A DNA stretch of 64,000 nt from Phoronis australis. Its lineage: Eukaryota; Animalia; Phoronida. The first letter of the stretch is position 1. Every line of letters starts with the position of its first letter. Below are positions 25,001-34,724 of the stretch, one piece after another. The notes under the pieces were generated by a model, which saw only the letters and a list, made by a program, of their open reading frames with translations, was not told where the DNA came from and did no database searches. The position numbers and the translations under genes were made by a program. The stretch covers positions 1-64,000 of the forward strand of contig NMRA01000499.1 in assembly GCA_002633005.1 (NCBI GenBank), read 5' to 3'.

Positions 25001-28000
25001 CTACGCAAAAGTGAAAAAGGCACTAATGGGATGTCTCGTTGACGATTGCAATGAATGCAACGAAGGTTAGATGCTGAAGTATACTTTACAAAACGCGTGT
25101 AGGCCTAAGACTAAAAGCTTCGCTTGCATTTGTGATTGATAAATTTAGCATCAAGTGACCTTGACTATGGAATTCCAAGCCTGTCAGTAGATAACGCGTG
25201 CGGGTTTTACACATTTACGCATAAATGCCTGCTGGTTTTACACGTTTATGCGTAAGCACGCATAGATTTTACTCGTTTACGCGTTAGGCGAACTTTTATA
25301 TTAACACGGCTTCCGATTTCAGAGCCCGATGAATGGAGCCAGTACATGACACAAGATTACGTCAACGATGGTGTAAAGTGATTGGTTAGTTAGTCGTCCA
25401 CATATCCGTAATTAATACGCCCACTTGACCCCTCCACTAACGCATAAAATTCAGACTTGTACTATCGAATGGCTGACAAGCACTATCATTAGGAAGGCAA
25501 AAGGGCTTTTGAATTGGAAGTCGAACACCACGGGGAACGGATGTCTCATAAGGGCGTCTAAGTTTTAAGTTTTAGCAATAAGCTATCCTTGTACTGGAAT
25601 ACTCTTATAGTTATATTTAACATTCCAGGGCCAGTTTGGACGAGGAAAGTAGAGAACTGTATGACCCTCTTGAACTTTTACAAGAACAACTCTGGCAATC
25701 CATTCGGGAATCTAGACAAGTTAAGCATTTACAACATGAATACTGAATCAGCGATCGACAGTGTCAGTTCGTTTGCCTGTGACGACAGAAAATACGTGTG
25801 TGTGGAAAAAACGGAACTGTTTGGCATTTTCGGTAAGTTTATGTTCTTTTAAGCTCATTAGCATTTGTAACGTAAATTCGCGACAAAGCGATTAGGGCGA
25901 AGTATCATTAGACATCCTGTTTTTTCTTGCATTGTCATCGCTCGTATTGCATGTTCAACAAATTGTATTCTAATTTTGCTGATAAATTTTAGGAACTCCT
26001 GGGCTGGGTTGCATAAACCTTCAAAATTATCCGCTGGATAACTTTGATTGTTGCATGACGTCAGGTGCAATTTTCAACAATAACAAGATGACACGTGTTT
26101 AGCGTATACATTACTATGCAACTTTTCCCGGGACGTTATTGGCCGTATTCAAGATTGGAATCCATCTCTGATTAGAGGCTTTGTAACCAGGGCTCTTGAC
26201 TAGGTGATCGAAATGTGGGCGTGACTTTAACAGCCGTGTCCTCTGTAATGCATTTTCTCTAGAAAAGTGGTGACATGGTTTATTTATGGGAACGAGAGTG
26301 CAACCGCCGGAGGCGTTGCGACTCTGTTGCACCAAATATCCCAACGATTAGGCGAAATTCGTCCACAAACTCCCTAGGCAATTCTACGGAGCCTGTTTCA
26401 ATACACGCATGTAGGCCACGCGTGGCACGTGTGCAATGGCGTGGGTGATAGCATTTAACCCCCTTCGCAGAAAGTGTGTGGCCAGATGTCCACCATAAAT
26501 ATCAGTGCCATGAAACGGGCGTTCAGTAAAAACTCGCAAAAACGCAAGGTCACGCAAATTTTGGCAGAGATATTTTCAAGCATTCAAGCAAAGCCTGAGA
26601 TCACACCAATGACACCTTTGGCTCAACCAAGGTATTTTGAATAAGACAGGCAGAGTTCCATGTCGATGAAAGTAGAAAAAAACTTGTTAGTTTCCATGCG
26701 CCCACCCAGCCTTCAATATGGGGGGGCTCGAATTTCTGACGATGTGGACCTTTTACTAACAAAAAAGCGGGAGGACTAAAAAACGGGGTACCACGTTCTG
26801 CTAATTTTGCGTTTGCGCCTTTTTAGTGTTTTTTGTCTCGTTTTCTCGGACTTTTTGTTTCTCTGAGGTGGAACTTTTTGCCCACTTCGCCAAAAGGGGG
26901 CTCGCCCGAGCCCTTCCCCCCTGGGTGCGCGCATGGTTCCTACAATGCTCTCTTTGAACATGCAGGTTACTCTTTAAATAGCGAGTAGAGAACGAAAACT
27001 CCGCCTGATAACAAATTTACGCCATTGGTGAATGTTGGTTGCTAGTTTGAATAGGGAAGTTTTCAGGTAGTGCATTAAGTTAACTTATATGCTACTAATC
27101 TTGACTTCTCTGTTCTTATCCCGGCGATAGTGATAATTTGCGATTCTCGTGAACCATATGAAGCGCTAATTAGGTCAAGTCGAAATCGCAAACTTCAAAC
27201 TTCAAAATAATCAAACCAACGGTGGAGAATCTTCCCGTCGTCCATTACAGCCCGTTTTAAACTCCATCTTCATTTCAGATGTTACTCGTGCACAATGAGC
27301 TGTATTCAACTGAGTTTTTTTACCACATTTCAGCTCCAAGTATCCGTGCGCGGTACAAGCCGAATAGGGATAGGAGTATTGAAGTTGAACTGTATGGTGA
27401 GAAAAACCCTTCCCCGCTTCTGGAAATGATACATCAGATGTTAGCTATGAATGCTAAAGGAAACGTGACTTTGTTTATTGACAAGTACGGAGACCTCGGA
27501 ATCATGAAGAAGCTGATGAAGGTAAGTTGAGGCTGGAAGCCGTTACATTTGGTGAGTTTATGACCAACTCTTACCGCATTAGAGTTGTTGTTTGTTTCGT
27601 TATGCGAAACACAGGGCACATAAAAGTCATCAGCACAATAGCGGTGAAACCATAACGACGTGTGAGACAAGATGAAAGGAGAAATACAAAAAAAACGGCT
27701 ATGTCGGCGATATTTATTAAAATGTCTGTACGCTCCAACCCCTCTTCGTCAGTACCATAGTAAAATTCGGCATTACTGGGGCATACCACACGAACATTCA
27801 AAACAATCAATAGAGTGCTCTTGCAATTCCTTATTGCTAGTCTTAGATAAATCGATTTTACTAGAATTGTCACCCTGGACTGCTGACTCAAAATAGCCTT
27901 GTCACGTTTCTGGTGTGATTGAACAACATATTTCCAATGCAGGATTTAACATTTTTTGAAAAATCCTTTGGATCATGTGCACTGGCAGTGCTGTTTCTTT

Positions 28001-29484
28001 GAGTCCTTGATTTTCTACTAAACGTGTTTTTAAAATCAGAACGACATCGGAACCTGACATCGTTTTTGAGTATTCAAGTTTTCTTGTATGAGGCAATGAC
28101 AGTCAACAGTGAACCAGCTATGGGGTGGGATGACCTTCCCCCCTGGGTGGCACCCATGGGCGGCTGGGGAAAATTTGATCCGCCTGTATAACAAATGCTT
28201 GATTGACATAACGTCCCTTGTTTTAAAACTTTGCCCTGTACTGCATAGGTGACTAAAAGCAGAAGAATCACCTGTGGTCCCATAATTGAGACGACGGCCG
28301 TGACACATATGTATCTAAAAGGACTGTTTTGTTTCACCGAATAAATTGTCCGAACACTGAACGTCCTTACCTTGCACTCAATAAACTTCATGTGATTTGA
28401 GTAATGTAAAGTTATCTTTTGGAGTCATGGATTTCATTAAAGCCACTAGCTTTCGATCTAATCTCGAGACCTTTGTCGGATGGAATGGCGAGTAAGCCGG
28501 ACACGCTCCATCCCTTAATAGACACTCGAGCTACGGTCTTCCCACCACCTAGCAGAACTTATTCCTGACCAACCGACAGAGGTCACGTCGCATTACGCAC
28601 GACTGATGACGTAACAGACACAGGCGGGGCCTCAGTTGCTCGCCATTCCACCCGACGAAGGTCTCGAGACGACACCGAAACTTGTGGTTTCTGTAAAGTT
28701 CATGATTCCTAAATCTGACTTTAAATCATTCATATTCTAACGGAGTCATGAACATTTATTGTTCTAGTTCATGTGTCTTGTTTTTTGTACGGAGTTCTGT
28801 TTTTGGCAAAGGTTCCTTCTGTCGGCCAAAACATCGGCGTCAAACTGAAGTCCGCGACCTGCGGACGCAACGTCGCTAAATGAGAAACCTTTATTCCAGC
28901 ATTTGATTTATTTCTTTCATAATATCGACGCTATTACATGGGCCGCTTCCAACTTGAGTGAGCTCATTTTCACAGTCCAGTTCAGAATTTCTTGGGAAGG
29001 AAATCGTGCAATATTTTTATTTCAAACCAAAATGGCGATTTAACCAATATCTACATCAGTTCCTTACTAGTTACGTGAATGAATGCTGAAATCGGTACTT
29101 TGTCAGAAATAAAACACCAACAGCACAAAAATATGAAAATTTCCGTTTCAGATTATGATGACTTACAACACAAAGGTCGACCTGATCAAGGTCTACTTCT
29201 CTCCTTCGCTGTCTAAGATGAAGTCGGTAAACAAAAAAGCATACGAGATCAAAGAAAACATGATTATGAGCTCCATTGTCAACTCTGCTGACATCTGGGC
29301 TGGTACTGTTTGTCCCAAAAAGGCCCGACCCGCTCTCACGCCGTACGCTGTCGGAGATCCGAAAGACCTAGAGGAGAAGAAATCCAAAACGGTTCTCGCG
29401 CAAGAGGCGAAGGATGTGGCGCAACGAAAAGCTATTCTGAATTGGGAACTGGAATGGGTTGATAAGAGAATGAACCCATCTTAA
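1027..29484 (+). CDS. Copy A: 21-exon gene for a 1532-aa secreted protein (signal peptide - furin-site pro-region - beta-rich region - Hedge-like x2 - peptidase M15A-like - Cys-containing C-terminus)
   Basis: Exons: 1027-1221, 5701-5951, 6581-6961, 7316-7361, 7777-8035, 8930-9060, 9329-9432, 12068-12205, 13244-13450, 14561-14781, 14966-15313, 15974-16133, 18538-18711, 18959-19105, 21184-21793, 22937-23138, 23964-24060, 24863-25065, 25629-25832, 27334-27521, 29152-29484. Acceptors are pyrimidine-rich and end in AG; donors are GT except one GC. Phases match at every junction, the total is 4599 nt ending in TAA, and exons 1-20 are far better conserved in copy B than the introns. Confidence 0.9.
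4651..5633 (+). mobile_element. 5'-truncated L2/CR1-clade (Crack-like) LINE 3' end, copy A-specific, frameshifted
   Basis: Translates to DWLVQNKLTLNVCKTKSLL, YHSIMQPHFDYCLPVWG, VQVIQNRAARAILG and KSFIYAAAAIWNSL..IKRSDSINTFK, followed by an AT-rich 3'UTR and an (AATA)n tail. Copy B has the empty site (..TTGTGTACCA|GGGTAG.. at 38160). Confidence 0.88.
10655..11961. mobile_element. Non-autonomous TIR DNA transposon, copy A-specific, containing the assembly gap 10817-11451
   Basis: TIRs CAGAGGCGGATCTACG / CGTAGATCCGCCCCTG are flanked by duplicated TATT; copy B has a single TATT at ~42878. Confidence 0.85.
13388..15247 (+). other. Hedge (Hedgehog N-terminal signalling / Hh-DD-peptidase fold)-like domain 1, exons 9-11
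   Basis: PEQACGKIIRQV..EFFSKMIQLKSNKILFKNEE..[Cys insert]..ADRHMS..IKSLAELVM..KLMVINAFDE..SIHQEGRAAQI..LMRKLGQMAVMAEFDYVKIYADYVHVGVK is colinear with Shh-N GRYEGKITR..FKEL..DIIFKDEENTGADRLMT..LNALAISVM..KLRVTEGWDE..SLHYEGRAVDI..YGMLARLAVEAGFDWVYYE..HIHCSVK. Confidence 0.88.
16072..21322 (+). other. Hedge-like domain 2, exons 12-15
   Basis: DSACGKIGIPVTRYHKRQFKGLYYYPYNDVVFTN..[Cys insert]..RDRVMTHRLAFRLRRLAKLVEEKWSGANKLVVEFAWDE..NSHHRTAQALWL..KLVQLGQLAQCAGFDFVEY..VIWVCVK: same Hh landmarks (DIIF, DRLMT, LA..V..QW.G.KL.V, WDE, S.H, LA..AGFD.V.Y, VK). Confidence 0.85.
16936..17090. mobile_element. MITE (AGGTGGATCCAGG...CCTGGATCCGCCCCT) shared by both paralogs (copy B ~48832-48961)
   Basis: Terminal inverted repeats at the orthologous intron-12 position in both copies, so the insertion predates the duplication. 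Confidence 0.8.
21510..23035 (+). other. Peptidase M15A / YcbK-like (LAS, D-Ala-D-Ala peptidase fold) domain, degenerate, exons 15-16
   Basis: RIDQYLVECVGNL..NIRVTAGFRNQLDNEK..RHQSGHAVIV..LGIGVHKNELYFDFRP resembles the bacterial M15A pattern ID..L...L..L....I.I.SGYR....N.....H..G.A.D....GIG.Y...F.H.D.R. Confidence 0.7.
28396..28733. repeat. Imperfect ~95-bp inverted repeat pair around a ~145-bp spacer (MITE or Penelope-like inverted pLTR relic)
   Basis: GGAGTCATG..TTTCGAT..TCTCGAGACCTTTGTCGGATGGAATGGCGAG pairs with CTCGCCATTCCACCCGACGAAGGTCTCGAGAC..CCGAAAC..CATGATTCC. Confidence 0.7.
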
Positions 29485-30649
29485 TCTCCATTTCTCTCGT
29501 ATTAACGCACTCACTTTGAACTTTTATTTTGATATCAACGAAAATCACGTTTTAACTTTCTCAAGTTTTTACTAACACAGGCTTTTACTAAAAGAAAATG
29601 AATCATTCCTGAAACTCTCAGCTATTATTACTGTATGGGCCAATATGACACAATTGATTTTGTACGAGTGTTTTTGAAGTAGGTCTATCTACAATGCGCT
29701 TACCTACTAAATATTCTTGCACTCTTTAAAGTAGACGGTTAGTCCCGGCCTTTAAATGAAAGCCCATGTAGACATGCACTGAGGTGGTCAGGCCTGCAAC
29801 CATCTAAGGAAATGGGGATGCAATATATTTGATTAATAGACCTTTTGCTTGCTCTTCGGCAGCCTCACCCGATCAGCAGTTTTCTCTAGTCGTAGTCGGT
29901 CATTTTGTCCTACATCGCCTACTCTATTCTCTTACTCCACGTTTTTCTCCTTGTACACTCTTGTCGTTAAGATGCAGACTCTGTTAAACCAGTTAGAAAC
30001 AAATTGATATGACTTACACGACAATATATGTCGATTGGAAAATCTCAAATACCGGTGAATGTTGGGATTTCATCCTTTGGATATCCCCCTGGCTGCAGGC
30101 ATGACGTTTTTGGAATACTTGCAAAATATTTTTTTTGTATAATCTAGGCCGCACAGCGCTAACTACTGCAAAAGTTCTCCAGTTTGGGACAGTGAAAATT
30201 AGTTATTTTGGTCAAGACAAGAGCTTATACTAAAATTTAGAAATACGCAATATTGGTCATCCTCTAAATTCAAGAATCATAAGAAAAGCGTATTTTGCAG
30301 TAGCATCTATTTTCGACGATTTAATCTTAGACTTTGTGGATACAAAAAACAATTTCCAATATTTGAGAAATTTGATGAATGCCAACATTACCCATAATCC
30401 CAATATTCAGAATAAAGAAAATTCAATACTGGCTTGAATTTCAATGTCCCAAATGTTAAAGACTGTCTCACACTCGGGAATTTTACCAAGTTAAGTTAAA
30501 CCTGGAATGTTTAAACTGGAATAAGTTAGCGGCAGTGATGCTTCCCGTAAAACATGTTCGTGCACGCATTTCAAACAATAAATAATAAAATGATACATAG
30601 CTACACCATTTTATTTGTAATCTTTTGTGTAAACTAAAGCAAATGGTGG

Positions 30650-31522
30650 GTGTACAAATTACACAATGCAAAGGGTGGACATCCTAATTACACAGTAGTG
30701 TACCAATACAATAGGTGGTTATCTTATCCTAAGTACACAGTAGTGTACCAATACAATAGGTGGTTACCTTATCCTAGTTACACAGTAGTGTACCAATACA
30801 ATAGGTGGTTACCTTATCCTAGTTACACAGTAGTGTACCAATACAATAGGTGGTTACCTTATCCTAGTTACATAGTAGTGTACCAATACAATAGGTGGTT
30901 ATCTTATCCTAATGACACAGTAGTATATCGATGCAATGGGTGGGTATCCTAACTACACAGTAGTTATTGGTGTGGGCGATAATATAACGCGTCAGCTTCG
31001 TTCACCAGTTTTATTCTTGAAGCGACGGTTATCTACAAACGATAAATAAAGTTTGTCAGACAACAGAACCAAACAATATTCTCAAAACGTTACTCAATAT
31101 CGCTAGTGCACGGGGCTCGAACCAGCATTTGACGAAACCACCACAAAGCAGTCGTTAGAGTTTAACAATGAAACACTAGGCATACAATATCCAGCTTGAA
31201 TAGAGTATAAACGTGAAGCCTTAACTGAATTAAACGTACTTACTGGAGTTTGTCGCGTGGCCCAGCTAATAATTCCTAGTGCATCACAACATGCCGAGAA
31301 CCGATATTAGAAATGAACGCTGCAAACGACTGCAATTACGATGCATTCTGGAAACGCCCCAAGCGTACATACAACGCCCAAGTGGACATATAGTTTTCTG
31401 AACAAAGAACTAATGCTCCTGCATTAACAGTAGTATATAAATACAATAGGTGGGTATCCTAATTTCACAGTAGTGTATCAATGCAATGGTTGGGCATCCT
31501 AATTGCACTGTGGTGTACCAAC
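30650..31522. repeat. Tandem satellite, 45-bp unit TACACAGTAGTGTACCAATACAATAGGTGGTTACCTTATCCTAGT (about 6 copies), interrupted by a ~460-bp unrelated insert and resuming at ~31427
   Basis: Adjacent units without spacers give the spurious (YTVVYQYNRWLPYPS)n ORF; degenerate units resume at 31427-31520. Confidence 0.9.
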
Positions 31523-33299
31523 ACGCCCCCAGGGAGCAACTTTTTAGGGGTCTTGACAAGAGGTAGAACCCAGTGACTTGAGATGAGGACAAAAAACGAC
31601 AAGAATGGTGGGTTACACCTAAAAGTAAAATTAATTGGTATTGAAGAAACACACAACGTCAACATACAGTGCAGGACAGTAGCTACATGTAGAACAAAAA
31701 GAAACAATGAACGTTTCTCCGAGATGGTTCGGGGAAAAATAAGTAAGCAGTGGCAGAGCGTTCCCTACTGAAGATGGCGTTACCAAAAATACACGCAATG
31801 CCGAACAGCGACACTAGATGACGCGGATGACAATAACTATCAGCAAGACCGTTGAATTAACGGATAAGTAGCGACCAAAGTACAAAGGAGTGAGTATTCT
31901 AAAAGCACAATTATGGAGCAATAGCATGAACGGTGATATTGAATGGTGGTCCAAAATAGCAAGCACCAGTGGACTTGGTCCTTATAGTACAACGAACGGA
32001 TATGATATATGATAAACATGTAGAAATAGAAAAACACACTAAAATAACAATTAGAATGTGCCAAGATTTAACATAAATTTATTAAAAAACGATATTTCCT
32101 ATCCGAAATCTCTTGTGTTCATTCTAACGACAACTTTTAGTTGGTAAATCCTTGACATTTTGTGCTAATGAAAGCGTCGAGAGTTAAGTTTATCGAAAGA
32201 AGGAAGAAACACGTCTTCCCATTCTGGGTACATTTTCTTGAATATTGCGAGACTGTTTTTACTTAATCAGACAAAACGGGTAAGTCTACGAGTACACACA
32301 ATCTTATCAGAACTAGCCGAAGTTTTTGTTAGAACGCTCGAAAAGTGATCTAAATGCTCAAATCTGAAGTCTTGGAAACTCAATTTTTTTTAAACTGCCC
32401 GCTTTTATTTTTGGACCACACTCGTAAGTGCAGGTTTGTGTACTCGCAGAACTGATGCCTTGAACTCTTCCTGAACTAACTCGTGCGCTAACGTATGTCC
32501 TTTCGTCACCCCAACTCAATAAGCACGCCTAAGCCAGACTGCGGCTAACTTGTCCTTTCATAAAAGTTAATTAATCCTCGTGGCTTCTTGCTCGTGGCTT
32601 CTTGCTCGTGGCTCAGCCGCGCTGCTGAAGAAAACGTATCCTATATAGTTTTTCTTATAAAGCACCGATTTCAAAAATTCGAAAACGGATTTTACTTTTC
32701 GATTTTATTTACCTTTAGCCTACTTATTGTTGTTTATTTAATTGGAAACTAGCATGCTAAAGAGGCGTATTGGTTACGACGGCAATTATCTCATCCAATA
32801 CACATTCGGTCGAGCCAAGAATAGAGATAAGCTCACTTTCAAGTGTGATGGCGCAGTGAATCTTTGGTGTGCCGAGACATTTGCTTGAGATTGTGGAGTG
32901 AGTGATGCAAGAATTTTCTTCCACTTGCGTGCAAATGGTGTGAGTGTCCGAGTTGCTCAAAACCACCACTTGCCTTGTTTTGATAAGTGACTACACCGGC
33001 TGTCACTCTATACCACAGTCGTGAATTCATTATCCCAAAAACGAGAAAACTGAAGACAGGCGATTGAAAATTTCTTAGCTCCACGGACATGAGTCTGACG
33101 TATGAACGTACCTAGCGCCAGCGTGTCATATCCACCAACACGCGAGTTTCTTGTACAAACTAGTGTTCCATATCCGTGCATATCTGATGTCCGTCGGCCT
33201 GCGGAAAAGCAACACGAGTTGCATTGTGGTCAGACACGAAGTTGCCACAACTTCCACAAAAGCAACGCCTCAGTCGCCATTCCTTATGATACCACAATC

Positions 33300-34300
33300 C
33301 ACGGGAAACGAGCCGCAAATTGACGACTTTTCCCAGCAAACACAATGGAGGATGACTAGTGTTGTGATTGGTTGTCCCGATTTTACGTAGGTATATTTCG
33401 CCCAATTTAGTGCTCGTAACTCGAGATTGCCTAGTTAACATATCGGTCAAGTTGTGTTTGCAGGTATTCTAACTTGACAGCTGATCGATTAGTGGGGTTG
33501 GTGTGTATGTTATGAAATTAGTAACTTTAATCATCTGTATGGGGAGGGGACTTTGGAATTCCGTAACTTGTGAGTCAATTAGAAGACGGTCGCCGAAGCT
33601 TGCCAGCTTTACCACAAACTGAAAGCGAGCGCGTGTCCCCGCACAATTTAGATCGCCCACAGAACATTATCTTGGGGTTACTCTCCGCGTTACTTCACAT
33701 GAGTTGAAAACGCAAGAGCCAATTTTTCTCCTGAGACATTCGAGAGACCCGAGTTTTCAGCGGCTCACTGCGGTCGGGTACGATCAGCCGTGGTTGACGT
33801 CAACACTTCAGGTTTTTAGCCGGGTCCTTCAGTGAGAGGCAGTAGCGGCGCCTCAGATGTCGATCCAAACGGGTTATGGCTGTCCACTGTTAAATTTTAA
33901 ATTCGCGCTATCCACGGCAGACGCGACTCGGTTCAATTGTTTTTGTCTTTGTCTAAAGTGCACTGTACATTCCAGCAACTTTGTATGAAAAAGTTCACTG
34001 GAAATTTGTGGCACGGCTCCAGATATTTACTACATCATACATGTGCAATTGAATTATGCACGCCAAGATCCAGACAAAAATTGCGTAACTCAAAGCAGCT
34101 CGTTTGTCCTCAGGGGAAATCTTGGTTATGTCACTAGGTATACTAGCTGTTCTCTTCACAATGAACGCTGGCTTCTATGGCATTGTGTACCAACACAAGT
34201 AACACAATAGCGTGTATTATTCCGGCCAAACTTACGAGAGCCCTGAGAAAGCTAGACTCAGCAGACCCCAGTGGCTTTTCTTTGGACGAGCTACGTTCAC
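33300..34300 (-). mobile_element. Possible highly degraded DIRS-type retrotransposon fragment (RT C-terminus/RNase H/methyltransferase)
   Basis: Minus-strand peptides in DIRS order across frameshifts: LRALVSLAGII, NLKFNSGQP, LALAFS..QDN..LNCAGTR, HN..HPPLCLLGKVV. Motif resemblance only. Confidence 0.35.
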
Positions 34301-34724
34301 TTCTTTGGTGACGTAAATGGGGTAAGACTGGGTAGATTCGGTAATCATGAAACATGGGTCCAACAAACAGTGGAAAACTTAAGGGGGTGCCATGCATTTG
34401 GCTGAAGACCGCCGAGCGGCGGTTTTCGAGTGCTCAAGGCAAACTGCTTCGTAATGCTCTCGAAATGGCGTTTTATTATGTTATCCATGAAGCACGTAAT
34501 TACCGGTCCACTGGACACTGACAAAAGAGTTCAACGAATGCACTCTCGAGTTTCAAAAGCAAAAGTTGCTACCCACGTCACTGGCTTACGCAACATTATA
34601 CAAAAGGAGGCTGGTCGACCCCGATCTATTATAATAGCGCATTGGCCTACTAGTCTCGTTTCTCAACTTTATACGTAGAATCGCCATTTTGGTTATTTAT
34701 CGCCAACGAGAACGCACAGCAAGA

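Noticed and set aside
27279-27333. Upstream acceptor/ATG for exon 20
   Set aside because: In phase 1 this acceptor gives an in-frame TGA; the acceptor ending at 27333 keeps the frame in both copies.
30650-30965. CRISPR array or repetitive protein ORF (YTVVYQYNRWLPYPS)n
   Set aside because: Units are adjacent with no unique spacers and there are no cas genes in this eukaryotic context; the ORF is a by-product of a 45-bp (3n) satellite unit.
31768-31808. Hammerhead-like CTGAAGATGGC...GCCGAAC
   Set aside because: The GAAA core is broken and I found no convincing stem I/III or cleavage triplet.
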